A stretch of DNA of 64,000 bases from Candidatus Falkowbacteria bacterium HGW-Falkowbacteria-1 (GCA_002840305.1 PHAI01000001.1:229463-293462), one strand, 5' to 3'; shown: positions 9,380 through 19,259, counted from the stretch's first letter. Notes: generated by a model from the sequence alone, not told the origin. Numbers and translations are program-made.

Positions 9380-10573
9380 ATGAATAAAAAAATATTAACC
9401 ATGGTGATAATTTTTATTGCCATCGTTGCCCTCGGTTCATATTATTTTTGGACCAACAAGGCAGACAAAAATGTAAAAATTGTGGCAGTAGCCACCATGA
9501 GAGGAATAGACGCTGGCGTCGATACCATTAATGGTGTCAAATTAGCACTTAAAGAGGCTAATTATTTAGTCGGTAAATACAACATAGAGTTAATAGTGGA
9601 AGATAATGGAGATGAAGAGGGCTATTGGGTTGAAGATGTTGAAAAAAATATTGCTGAAAAAGCGGCAAACGATAAAGATGTTATGATTTATCTTGGACCA
9701 ATTGATAGTGGAGCGGCTAAGATTAGTTTGCCAATAACAAATAAAGCTGGATTGCCTCAAATAAGCCCTACTAATACTTGGCCAGGGCTAACCCAGGCTG
9801 GTTTTGCTCCTGGAGAACCAGGAATTTTTTATCCTACTGGAGTTAGAACTTATTTTAGGGTTTGCCCGACTGATGCCGTCCAAGGTCCAGCCGGGGCTAT
9901 TTGGGCCAAAGAGATGGGTCTTAAAAATATTTTTATATTTGATGATGGAACGCTCTACGGTACTGGTATAACTAATATTTTTGAAGAAAAAGCTGTGAGC
10001 TTGGGTTTAAATATTTTAGGACACGAGACTCTTGATAGGGAGGGCCAGAGTTTTGTTTCCGAACTTAATGAATTAAAAGATTTAGATTTGATATATTTTG
10101 GCGGAGTTCCGTCGACCGGGGTCGTTAGTCTCATTAAGGGCATTAAAGATTTGAATTTACAAGCAAAGTTTATGGGAACAGATGGAATTATGGACCAGTT
10201 TATTCTTGATCAAGCTGGAGAGTCAGCCGAAGGTATTTACTTGACTACTATTGGGTCGCCAATAAATGAATTACAAGATGAAGGGGCAGATTTTTATAAA
10301 AACTATGTTAGTGAATACGGAATAGAGCCAAATACATATTCAGCTTTTGGTTATGAAGCCGCAAAAGTTTCCCTGTTAGCCATAGATAGGGCGGGTCAAA
10401 AAAACAGAGAAAAAGTTCTTGGGGAGTTGGCTGGTTTGCGAGATTTCCCGGGTATTTTTGGAAATTGGAGCTTTAACTCTAGCGGTGACACAGATTTAAT
10501 CTTGGTAAGCGGAAACATTGTAAGAGATGGAAAGTTTGAATATGAAAAAACATTGAGTTCCGGTAATAATTAA
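9380..10573 (+). CDS. Membrane-anchored branched-chain amino acid-type solute-binding protein (LivJ/LivK family)
   Basis: NGVKLALKEAN, YLGPIDSGAAK, QISPTNT, YFRVCPTDAVQG, DDGTLYGTG and FMGTDG are type I periplasmic-binding-fold motifs. Confidence 0.88.
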   Translation: MNKKILTMVIIFIAIVALGSYYFWTNKADKNVKIVAVATMRGIDAGVDTINGVKLALKEANYLVGKYNIELIVEDNGDEEGYWVEDVEKNIAEKAANDKDVMIYLGPIDSGAAKISLPITNKAGLPQISPTNTWPGLTQAGFAPGEPGIFYPTGVRTYFRVCPTDAVQGPAGAIWAKEMGLKNIFIFDDGTLYGTGITNIFEEKAVSLGLNILGHETLDREGQSFVSELNELKDLDLIYFGGVPSTGVVSLIKGIKDLNLQAKFMGTDGIMDQFILDQAGESAEGIYLTTIGSPINELQDEGADFYKNYVSEYGIEPNTYSAFGYEAAKVSLLAIDRAGQKNREKVLGELAGLRDFPGIFGNWSFNSSGDTDLILVSGNIVRDGKFEYEKTLSSGNN

Positions 10574-10600
10574 TTTATTTTTTGCTAGAAAAAATTTGAA

Positions 10601-12889
10601 ATGCTCAAAGAAAAATTAAAAAAAATATTTAGTAAAATAGGGCTTAAACTATTAACGCCTTATTTGGTTTTTTCTTTTTTTGTTTTTCTATTGATATCCG
10701 TTTTTGTTTACTATAATTATAATTCTGAAATGAATTTTATAGAGGATAGTCAACAAAAAATGGCAGAAAGCGTAAGTAGCGAAATTGACTTTTTTATTTT
10801 TAGTACAATAAATGATCTCCAGTTTGTTAGTAAGAATATTGCTTGTTTAGATTGTTATGAGAATAATAGTTTTTTGATAAACAATTTGTTTGATGTTAAT
10901 TCTGATATTTATAGTGTTCATATCTTTGATCGGCAAAAAGGAATTACTAATGACCTGCATAGATATAGTAAAGATGATCATTCTGGCGATTTTGGTGTTG
11001 GCATATTTGAAGACGGGAAATTGTTGAAAGGTTTTGATAGGGGCACCTTTATTAGCCCCGTTTACGTTTCTGTTTATGACTTGCCTTTCATTTTTATTGG
11101 AGTGCCCATTTTTGATGAAGTTAATATACAGATAGGGACGGTTGTGGCCGAAGTTGATTTAACTTTTATTTGGGATGTGATTTCTAGAAACAAGTTTAAA
11201 AAAACAGGGTATGTTTATGCGGTTGATGTCAGTCAAAAACCTAGGCTTATTGCTTATAAAGATATTTCTTTTCTCAAATCGGGTTATGACGTCAGTGGCT
11301 TTGTTGGCGTCAATAATATCGTTAATCACAATCATTCCTTTTCTGTTTATGAGTCTTTCGATGGCAAGAAAGTTGTTGGCGCTTGGAGTTCGATCAATTC
11401 TACGAACTGGGGTTTGTTGGTAGAACTTCCAGTTAAAGAGATTTTTAGTGATCTTTTTATTTTGCTAGTTATTAGCATTATCTCAATTCTTCTTTTTGTT
11501 TTTTTTATAATCGTGATACTCGTTAGTATTTATAGAAATTTATTAACTCCATTGAAGGGGCTTACTGCTGGAGTTAATGAAATTAGCCTCGGAAATCTGA
11601 AGCACGTTGTAGAGATCAAAACTGACGACGAAATTGAAGAATTAGCAGAATCTTTTAATGCGATGACTCACGACTTAAGAGTCTCTCATAATAAATTAAA
11701 GGATTATAGTGTTAATTTGGAAAATAAAGTTAGAGCCAGGACTTTGAGTTTAACAGAGGAAAAGAAAAAATTAAAAAAAATCAATAATAAACTTACCGAG
11801 AGCGAACAAAAATTTAGAAGCTACATCGACAAAGCTCCCGATGGCATATTTGTTATTAACAAAAATGGTGCGTTTATTGAAGCAAACAACTCATCGCTTT
11901 TATTTATCGGATGCTCAGAAGAAGATTTAAAAAAAATAAAGTTTTTCGATATAATTTGTGACAAAGATGTTCCTCAAATTAAAAAACATTTAGAAACTGT
12001 TTTAAAATTAGGACAGGCAGAGGACGACGTTCTTTACAAGAGAAGGGGCGACAATGTTGAAGGGGATAGTTGTGGCAGGTATTTTAATGTCAGTAGCGTT
12101 AAACTTTCTGGTGATTTAATTTTGGTTTTCGTTAAAGATATTACTAAAGAAAAAGAGGTTGATAAGGCAAAAACAGAATTTGTATCTTTGGCCTCACATC
12201 AGCTCCGCACTCCTTTATCAGCTATAAATTGGTACTCTGAAATGCTTTTGGCTGGAGATGGCGGAAAGTTAACCAAAGATCAAAGAAAATTTAGCGAAGA
12301 GATATCTGCTAGCAACAAAAGAATGGTGGAACTCGTTAATTCTTTGTTGAATGTTTCTCGCTTGGAAATGGGCACCTTCATTATTGATCCAGAACCTACG
12401 AATGTTGTTGAAATTATGGAAAGCGTTATCAAAGAACAAATTCCAATGATAGTAAGCAAGAAAATAGAGGTTAAGAAAAAAATATCTTCTGATATTCCGA
12501 TAATTAATTCTGACCCGAAACTATTACGTATTGTTTTCCAAAATTTAGTTTCCAATGCCGTTAAATATACATCTGAAAACAAGAGCCTTTATGTGGAGAT
12601 TTCTCTTGATAAGAAAAAGAAAAGTATTTATATAAAAGTTCAGGATGAGGGTTATGGAATTCAAAAGAATCAACAAGATAGAATATTCAGTAAGCTTTTC
12701 AGAGCTGATAATGTTAAAAAGAAAAACACCGAAGGAACTGGGTTGGGCCTATATATTGTAAAGGCAATAGTTGCCCATGCTGGTGGTAATATTTGGTTTG
12801 AGTCAGAAGAGAACAAAGGAACAATCTTCCATCTAATGTTACCTCTTAAAGGTATGAAGGCCAAAAAGGGAGATAGGAGTCTTTCGTAG
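10601..12889 (+). CDS. Sensor histidine kinase (Cache-like, HAMP, PAS, HisKA, HATPase)
   Basis: Two TM helices around an extracellular domain, HAMP DEIEELAESFNAM, H-box ASHQLRTPL, N-box NLVSNAVKY, and G boxes DEGYGI and GTGLGL. Confidence 0.95.
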   Translation: MLKEKLKKIFSKIGLKLLTPYLVFSFFVFLLISVFVYYNYNSEMNFIEDSQQKMAESVSSEIDFFIFSTINDLQFVSKNIACLDCYENNSFLINNLFDVNSDIYSVHIFDRQKGITNDLHRYSKDDHSGDFGVGIFEDGKLLKGFDRGTFISPVYVSVYDLPFIFIGVPIFDEVNIQIGTVVAEVDLTFIWDVISRNKFKKTGYVYAVDVSQKPRLIAYKDISFLKSGYDVSGFVGVNNIVNHNHSFSVYESFDGKKVVGAWSSINSTNWGLLVELPVKEIFSDLFILLVISIISILLFVFFIIVILVSIYRNLLTPLKGLTAGVNEISLGNLKHVVEIKTDDEIEELAESFNAMTHDLRVSHNKLKDYSVNLENKVRARTLSLTEEKKKLKKINNKLTESEQKFRSYIDKAPDGIFVINKNGAFIEANNSSLLFIGCSEEDLKKIKFFDIICDKDVPQIKKHLETVLKLGQAEDDVLYKRRGDNVEGDSCGRYFNVSSVKLSGDLILVFVKDITKEKEVDKAKTEFVSLASHQLRTPLSAINWYSEMLLAGDGGKLTKDQRKFSEEISASNKRMVELVNSLLNVSRLEMGTFIIDPEPTNVVEIMESVIKEQIPMIVSKKIEVKKKISSDIPIINSDPKLLRIVFQNLVSNAVKYTSENKSLYVEISLDKKKKSIYIKVQDEGYGIQKNQQDRIFSKLFRADNVKKKNTEGTGLGLYIVKAIVAHAGGNIWFESEENKGTIFHLMLPLKGMKAKKGDRSLS

Positions 12890-12914
12890 ATAATTTATTA
12901 TTAAATATAGAAAT

Positions 12915-13307
12915 ATGAAAAAAAGCAACGATCCTTTGAAAAAAATATTGGTTGTTGAAGATGACAGGGCGCTATCTGAGGCTATTTCAATGAAACTAAG
13001 GAATAATGGTTTTGAAGTACTTCGCTCTTCCAGAGTTTCTGACGCCTTTTTAACATTAATGAAAAATAAAGATGTTAAGTTTATTTGGTTGGATCATTAT
13101 TTGCTAGGAGAAGAGAGTGGCTTCGATTTTGTGGTAAAAGTAAAAGAAGAGGGATCAGAAGTGAGAGACATCCCCATTTTTGTGGTTTCCAATACTGCTA
13201 GTGTCGACAAAATAAAATCTTATATTAAACTTGGTGTTGATAAGTATTATATTAAAGCTGAACATAGTTTAGAGGATTTGATTGAAGAAATGAAAAATTT
13301 TGTTTAG
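12915..13307 (+). CDS. Single-domain response regulator (receiver)
   Basis: ILVVEDD, WLD phospho-Asp, VVSN and YYIK. No output domain. Confidence 0.92.
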   Translation: MKKSNDPLKKILVVEDDRALSEAISMKLRNNGFEVLRSSRVSDAFLTLMKNKDVKFIWLDHYLLGEESGFDFVVKVKEEGSEVRDIPIFVVSNTASVDKIKSYIKLGVDKYYIKAEHSLEDLIEEMKNFV

Positions 13308-13485
13308 TAATGTCGGCATTGATTTGTTTTACCATCTCTTGTGGAAATAAAAGCCGGATTTTATATTAATATAAATTTCGGTTTTTTTAGAAAATAAGAA
13401 AAAATTGACTAAAATTCTTTATTTTAGTAGTATTTAGTAGTGTTATTATATTTATTTTTTAAGATTTCAATTAAATTATACTTTT

Positions 13486-15837
13486 ATGTTAGAGAAATAC
13501 ATTTTTTCTGAAAGAGAGGAATGTTGGCGTAAATATTGGGAGGAAAATAAGATTTATGAATTTAATCCTGATAGCGATAAGCCTTTTTATTCAGTTGATA
13601 CTCCGCCGCCCTATGTTTCCGCCGATCATCTTCATTTTGGCCATATTATGAGTTATTCCCAGGCAGAGTTTATAGTTCGTTACAAAAGGATGGCTGGTTT
13701 TGAGGTTTTTTATCCTATGGGTTTCGATGATAATGGTTTGCCGACCGAGAGATTTGTTGAGAAAAAGTATAATATTAACAAAAAACAAATTACTAGACCA
13801 GAATTTATTAATAAATGCCTGGAAGAGACGAAGATTGGAGCCGAAACTTATAGAAAGCTTTGGAGTTTGATTGGCATATCAGTCGATTGGTCAAAAACTT
13901 ATAGTACTATAAATAAACATTGTCAAAAGATTTCTCAGTGGTCATTTTTAGATTTATATAAAAAAGGTAAAATAATTCAAAGAGAAGAGCCTGGCGCTTG
14001 GTGTACAACCTGTCAAACAGCTATAGCCCAGGCAGATTTAGAAGACGAAGAAAATGAAAGTCAGATGAATTATATAAATTTTAAGGATGAAGAAGGTAAT
14101 GATTTGTTGATAGCGACGACTCGCCCAGAGTTAATTCCAGCCTGCGTGGCCTTGTTTGTCAATCCAAATGATAGTAGGTATTCTAGTTTAGTCGGAAAAA
14201 AGGCTATTGTGCCAATTTCAAAGCATGAGGTTCCTATTATGACTGACGAAAGCGTTGATTTGGAGTTTGGTAGTGGATTGATGATGGTTTGTACTTGGGG
14301 AGATAATGAAGATGCCAAAAAATACAGAATACACAATTTAGAGACCAGGGCTATCTTAGAGGCTGACGGCAAATTGAATGAATTGGCCGGTGAATTTGTT
14401 GGTATGACTTTAAAAGATGCTAGAAAGGCGATTTTAGAAAAACTTCAAAATAATGGAGAACTAATAAGGCAAGAAAACATAAGTCATGTTTTAAATGTTC
14501 ATGAGCGATGTGGTACCCCAGTGGAGCTGATAAAAACAAAACAATTTTTTATAAACATTTTAGATATTAAAGATGAACTTTTGGCACTAGGAGAAAAAAT
14601 GAATTGGTATCCAGCTCATATGAAGCAGAGATACATTGATTGGGTAAAAGCTTTGCAATGGGATTGGTGTATTTCTCGCCAAAGATACTATGGCGTTCCT
14701 TTTCCTGTTTGGTATTGCGAAAAGTGTGGTGAATTAATTTTACCTGAAGAAAAAGATTTGCCCGTTGATCCTATGAATGAATCTCCTAAAATTTCTCAAT
14801 GTCCAAAGTGTGGGGGAGAAAATTTTTTACCAGAAAATGATGTTATGGACACCTGGATGACATCTTCTCTTTCCCCTTTAATAGTTTCCAAATTATTTGA
14901 AAATGAAAATGTGCAAAATAAACTATATCCATCATCACTTCGTCCCCAGGCTTTTGAAATTATTAGAACCTGGTTGTTTTATACCACGGTAAAATCTTTT
15001 TATCATTTTGGTGATGTTCCTTTTAAAGATATTATGATTTCTGGCCACGGACACGATGAAAAAGGGCAAAAGATTTCTAAGCGTTTAGGAAACTATGTTC
15101 CGCCAGAACAAGTCATTGAAAGGTATGGGGCCGATGCTATGCGTTATTGGTCGACTGGGGCTAATTTGGGGGAGAACCTACGTTATAGTGAAAATGAGAT
15201 AAAGAATGGATCTCGTTTGGTTAATAAATTATTCAATGCCTCCAAATTCTGTTTGTCTTTTTTGAGTTATGAAAACAAAGAGTTGAGTGAAGATTTGGAA
15301 GAAGAAGATAAATGGATTATTAATAGTTTAAATAAAACGGTTTCTTTAGCGACTAAATATATGGAATCTTATCAATATTCTAGAGCTAGAAACGAAATTG
15401 ATGATTTTTTCTGGTCAAAATTCTGTGATAACTATTTGGAATTCATAAAATCACGTTTATATGGTGACGTTCCTGATGTTAAAGTAAAGAGCGTTTTGTA
15501 CCAAGTTCTCTTAATAATAATGAAGCTTTATGCTCCATTTTTGCCTTTTATTACAGAAGAAGTTTATCAAGATTTTTATCAAAAAGATATCGGAGAAAAG
15601 AGTATCCATTTAAGTTCTTGGCCTAAAAACATAGAAATAGAAATTAATGAAGAGGATATTGCTTCTTTCGAGAAGGCAATTGAGGCTGTCGCAGAGATTA
15701 GGGGGCACAAATCGGATAATAAATTATCGTTAGGAAAAGAATTGGATGAGTATCAGTTAAAAATAGAAGTTGATGAAAAACATTTTGATTTTATAAAAAG
15801 AGCTATTAAGGTTAAAAATTTGATCCCGAGGAAGTAA
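13486..15837 (+). CDS. valS: Valine-tRNA ligase, type 2 (archaeal-like short form)
   Basis: DTPPPYVS..LHFGH, GFDDNGLPTER, ATTRPE, DWCISRQR, DVMDTW and KISKR. At 783 aa it lacks the long C-terminal coiled coil. Confidence 0.96.
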   Translation: MLEKYIFSEREECWRKYWEENKIYEFNPDSDKPFYSVDTPPPYVSADHLHFGHIMSYSQAEFIVRYKRMAGFEVFYPMGFDDNGLPTERFVEKKYNINKKQITRPEFINKCLEETKIGAETYRKLWSLIGISVDWSKTYSTINKHCQKISQWSFLDLYKKGKIIQREEPGAWCTTCQTAIAQADLEDEENESQMNYINFKDEEGNDLLIATTRPELIPACVALFVNPNDSRYSSLVGKKAIVPISKHEVPIMTDESVDLEFGSGLMMVCTWGDNEDAKKYRIHNLETRAILEADGKLNELAGEFVGMTLKDARKAILEKLQNNGELIRQENISHVLNVHERCGTPVELIKTKQFFINILDIKDELLALGEKMNWYPAHMKQRYIDWVKALQWDWCISRQRYYGVPFPVWYCEKCGELILPEEKDLPVDPMNESPKISQCPKCGGENFLPENDVMDTWMTSSLSPLIVSKLFENENVQNKLYPSSLRPQAFEIIRTWLFYTTVKSFYHFGDVPFKDIMISGHGHDEKGQKISKRLGNYVPPEQVIERYGADAMRYWSTGANLGENLRYSENEIKNGSRLVNKLFNASKFCLSFLSYENKELSEDLEEEDKWIINSLNKTVSLATKYMESYQYSRARNEIDDFFWSKFCDNYLEFIKSRLYGDVPDVKVKSVLYQVLLIIMKLYAPFLPFITEEVYQDFYQKDIGEKSIHLSSWPKNIEIEINEEDIASFEKAIEAVAEIRGHKSDNKLSLGKELDEYQLKIEVDEKHFDFIKRAIKVKNLIPRK

Positions 15838-15859
15838 CAAAAACAATAACAAAAAAAAG

Positions 15860-15890
15860 AACGAGCATATTTTTGCTCGTTTTTTATTTT
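15860..15890. terminator. Bidirectional terminator between valS and the HIT gene
   Basis: AACGAGCA-TATTTT-TGCTCGTT flanked by A and T runs, between convergent genes. Confidence 0.8.
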
Positions 15891-15903
15891 TCGGTTTCAA
15901 ATT

Positions 15904-16299
15904 TTATAATTTGAAAATGTTTTTTATTTTTTTTATTTTTGCCGGAGTTATTATTTTTTTTTCTCTTTTTCTCATAAAATTTTTTAATCCGTCATTTTTT
16001 CCTCTAAATACGATGTGACAATGCAAATGGTTTACCGTTTGGCCTGCTATTTCGCCTTCGTTAATAAAAATGTTTATACCCTCTGGCCTCAGAACAGCTT
16101 TGACCTTGTTTTCAATTAAAACAATTGATTGAAAGAAATCATTTAGTTCTTCCGCCGTCAATTCGCTGAGTGACTCAACGTGTCTCTTGGGTATAGCCAA
16201 TAAACTCATTTTTCCCATCGGAAAACAGTTTATCAGAATGAGGGAATTTTTAGATTCGCTCACGATTAAATCGCCGTTTGTTTCACAGAATACGCACAT
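15904..16299 (-). CDS. HIT family nucleotide hydrolase
   Basis: N-terminal CVFC, IPKRH, and AGQTVNHLHCHI histidine triad. AAGGAGG SD upstream and a TTGACT-N17-TAACAT promoter at 16348-16376 on the minus strand. Confidence 0.92.
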   Translation of the reverse strand: MCVFCETNGDLIVSESKNSLILINCFPMGKMSLLAIPKRHVESLSELTAEELNDFFQSIVLIENKVKAVLRPEGINIFINEGEIAGQTVNHLHCHIVFRGKNDGLKNFMRKREKKIITPAKIKKIKNIFKL

Positions 16300-16434
16300 T
16301 TTGGCCTCCTTTTTTAGTTAATTAATTATTTCAAAGATCAACACGGTATGTTATCATGTATACGGCATGAAGTCAACGTCTTGCTTTTTTATTTTAAATA
16401 TTTTATATTAGATTTGTGTTTTAAAATTTAATTA

Positions 16435-16521
16435 GGAGAGGTGCCAGAGTGGTTGAATGGAACAGTCTTGAAAACTGTCGTGCCTTAACGGGTACCGAGG
16501 GTTCGAATCCCTCCCTCTCCG
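16435..16521 (+). tRNA. tRNA-Ser(TGA), CCA not encoded
   Basis: Acceptor GGAGAGG/CCTCTCC, anticodon arm ACAGT-CTTGAAA-ACTGT, long variable arm, T-arm GAGGG-TTCGAAT-CCCTC. Confidence 0.97.
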
Positions 16522-16528
16522 CGATAAT

Positions 16529-16560
16529 AAAATAGCCTTTAAACAAGGGCTATTTTTTAT
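16529..16560 (+). terminator. Intrinsic terminator after tRNA-Ser(TGA)
   Basis: AAAATAGCCTTT-AAAC-AAGGGCTATTTTTT. A near copy is present at 18549-18578. Confidence 0.8.
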
Positions 16561-16601
16561 AGGGAGTTTATTATTTTGAGACACCATGTTATAATTACAA
16601 T

Positions 16602-17192
16602 ATGAATATAAAAATAATTTTGTCTATAATTGCAACAATTATCGGAGTTGTGGCATTTTTTCCATATCTTAGAGACATTGTTCAATTAAAAACTAAACCG
16701 CATGTTTATACCTGGCTTATTTGGGCGGTTACGCAAACAACGGCAGTGGCAGGAATTTTGCACGGTGGTGGTGGTTGGGGGTCATTAAATCTTATAATTG
16801 GAACATTTTTTGTTGTTTGTATCTTTTTGTTCTCATTAAAATATGGGTCAAAAAATATAACCAAAGGAGATTCTATTGTTTTAGTGATTGCCCTTTGTGC
16901 GGTTTTAGTTTGGTGGCGGTTAGATAGACCCATACTCGCAGTTATAATGGTTTCTATTATAGATGTTCTTGGCTATATTCCAAGTTTTAGAAAGTCTTAT
17001 CAAGAACCATGGAGCGAAACTTTAATCTCCTGGGTGCTTTTTTCTGTATCTAATATTTTCGCTATTTTAGCATTAAACGAATACAATTTATTGACAGTGA
17101 CATATTTAGTGGCGATAACATTAGCAAATTTATTTATATTTTTACTATGTTTTTTAAGAAGATCTTTTATCCCTAGGCCCAGTTCATTTTAG
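16602..17192 (+). CDS. Hypothetical multi-pass membrane protein (PQ-loop-like internal duplication)
   Basis: 196 aa, about 7 TM segments, two related halves (FPYLRDIVQLKTKP..TW and IPSFRKSYQEP..E...SW). Confidence 0.75.
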   Translation: MNIKIILSIIATIIGVVAFFPYLRDIVQLKTKPHVYTWLIWAVTQTTAVAGILHGGGGWGSLNLIIGTFFVVCIFLFSLKYGSKNITKGDSIVLVIALCAVLVWWRLDRPILAVIMVSIIDVLGYIPSFRKSYQEPWSETLISWVLFSVSNIFAILALNEYNLLTVTYLVAITLANLFIFLLCFLRRSFIPRPSSF

Positions 17193-17276
17193 TTATAAAT
17201 ATTAGACGAAGTCTAATCGGTGTGTTTGTATTATTATTTGCAGAGATATAAAGTGTAATTATTTTCCATAAAAATC

Positions 17277-17304
17277 GTTCCAAAACGCCTCGCTCTCTCC
17301 GCCA
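17277..17304 (+). repeat. att-like scar 1 of the tRNA-Ser(TGA) array
   Basis: GTTCCAAAACGCCTCGCTCTCTCCGCCA. Confidence 0.8.
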
Positions 17305-17425
17305 ACAATATTTTATTAGATTATTGAGACATATTCTCTCATCAAAAGTTTCTGAAAAAAATTAAAAATAATAAAAAACGACCAAGAGGTAAAAACGAGG
17401 CTTTATTTGTTTCAAAGAAAACAAC

Positions 17426-18247
17426 ATGATAACTAATAAAAATAAATATTTAGCATATTTTTTTAACAAATTTGATTATTTAATCAGATTTTTATATTCT
17501 CAGCTTAGTTTAAATAAATTGTTTTTTTGGAAGTTGTATTCTAGTGATTTCGAGAGATTAGATTCTAGTTTTGAAAAGGTGCATTTTTTTTTAAAAAGTC
17601 ATAATTTTTCGTTTCAAGATAAAACATGTTTAGAATTGGGTCCTGGAAATTCTTATGTTAACGCATATAATTTTTTGTTTAATGGAAGCAACAAGGTTGT
17701 TTTGGTCGATAAATATCCTAGACATATAAAAACAAAAAAACAAAAGGCTTTTTTTCAAAAAGAAAAAGAATTCATAAAAACTAAATATAACAATAAGGAA
17801 ATAGATTTTGATAAGATAGTTTTTATTTCTAAGGACTTAAGCGAAGTTGAGTTGAACGAAGAAATAGATTTTGTTTATAGTATTAGTGTTTTTGAGCACA
17901 TAAAAAATGTTGAAGAAAATATAAAAAAATTAAGTTCTATATTAAAAAAAGGTGGATTCTTGTATCATCTAATAGACATGAGAGATCATTACAATTTTGA
18001 TAATCCTTTTTTGTTTTTGAAGTATTCTAAAAAAACATGGGAAAATTATTTAACTAAAAAGGGTGTTAGTTATACGAATAGAATCAGATATAGTGAATTT
18101 AAAGAAATTTTCGAAAAAAATGGCTTTGAAATCATTTCTGAACAGATAACAAGATATCCTATGCCAAATAAAATATACAAGGCATTCAATAAGGATGATA
18201 AAAATATAGACATTGGAATATGGAGGGTTTTAATGATGAAGAAGTAA
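17426..18247 (+). CDS. Class I SAM-dependent methyltransferase
   Basis: CLELGPG motif I, IDFVYSISVFEHI and LKKGG. Confidence 0.88.
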   Translation: MITNKNKYLAYFFNKFDYLIRFLYSQLSLNKLFFWKLYSSDFERLDSSFEKVHFFLKSHNFSFQDKTCLELGPGNSYVNAYNFLFNGSNKVVLVDKYPRHIKTKKQKAFFQKEKEFIKTKYNNKEIDFDKIVFISKDLSEVELNEEIDFVYSISVFEHIKNVEENIKKLSSILKKGGFLYHLIDMRDHYNFDNPFLFLKYSKKTWENYLTKKGVSYTNRIRYSEFKEIFEKNGFEIISEQITRYPMPNKIYKAFNKDDKNIDIGIWRVLMMKK

Positions 18248-18516
18248 ACAAAAACATTGTAGCTAATTATATCGCTTGGGTCTAGTATTTTCTAGGTCTT
18301 TTTTGTTATTATCATCCTTTTAATTATATAAATTGAATAATGCTAAAAATTAGCTATAATGTATGCATAATTAATTAGCACTATAAGTATATAGAAGACA
18401 ATTCTTATAATATTAAGGTTGCTGATTTATTGGTTGTTTTACCGAATACTAAAATTTATTATTTAGATAAGATGAAATTAAATTTGATAACGATTCTAGC
18501 TTGGAACTCTAACAAA

Positions 18517-18615
18517 GTTCCAAAACGCCCCACCCTCTCTGTGGTAGCAAAATAGACCTTAAACAAAGGCTATTTTTTGTAAGGTGTTTATTGCTTAGGA
18601 ATTATATGGTACAAT
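18517..18615 (+). repeat. att-like scar 2 plus duplicated terminator/promoter block
   Basis: GTTCCAAAACGCCCCACCCTCTCTG, then AAAATAGACCTTAAACAAAGGCTATTTTTT and TTTATT-N17-TACAAT, paralleling 16512-16595. Confidence 0.78.
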
Positions 18616-18644
18616 TTAAACATAAATGTATAAATTATAAGAGT

Positions 18645-19217
18645 ATGAATCAAAAAAAACGAGCATATATAATACATGGTTGGTGTGGTCATCCAAGCGA
18701 AGGAATTAAACCTTGGCTGAAAAGTAAGTTGGAAGAAAATAATTATTTAGTGGAATCTAGACAGATGCCCAATGCAGATTTTCCGATAGTGAAAGAATGG
18801 GTAGATTTTATGAAGGAAATGATTAATGATCCAGACAAAGATGTAACTCTTATCGGGCATAGCTTGGGATGCCCAGCTATTTTACATTACCTAGAGTCTT
18901 TGCCGGAGGGAATTGTAATTGATAAAGTTGTTATGATTGCTGGTGTAGTAAATAAAATTAATAATATATCAGAGGAACAGAATAATTTTATAATGCCATG
19001 GCTGCAGAATAATTTAGATGTTAAAAAAATTAAAAAATCTGTAAATAAAATTTTTGCTTTTTTTTCTGACAACGATCCGTTTATACCGTTGGAAACTGAA
19101 GAAATAATGAGAGAAAAATTTGGCGCAAAAACTTTTATCGAAAGCAAAAAAGGTCATTTTAATGAAAAAGATGGGATTTACGAAGTCCCTTCGGTTTTAG
19201 CTGTCATAATTAAATAA
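18645..19217 (+). CDS. Alpha/beta hydrolase (RBBP9/YdeN family)
   Basis: IIHGW, LIGHSLG nucleophile elbow, SDNDPFIP and GHF. ATG 18645 is preferred over TTG 18591. Confidence 0.9.
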   Translation: MNQKKRAYIIHGWCGHPSEGIKPWLKSKLEENNYLVESRQMPNADFPIVKEWVDFMKEMINDPDKDVTLIGHSLGCPAILHYLESLPEGIVIDKVVMIAGVVNKINNISEEQNNFIMPWLQNNLDVKKIKKSVNKIFAFFSDNDPFIPLETEEIMREKFGAKTFIESKKGHFNEKDGIYEVPSVLAVIIK

Positions 19218-19259
19218 ACTTCAAAACGTTCCGCCCTCGCCACGATTATGAAATAGCCC
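19218..19259 (+). repeat. Degenerate att-like scar 3
   Basis: CTTCAAAACGTTCCGCCCTCGCCACGATTATGAAATAGCC versus the tRNA end and flank CCCTCTCCGCGATAATAAAATAGCC. Confidence 0.6.
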
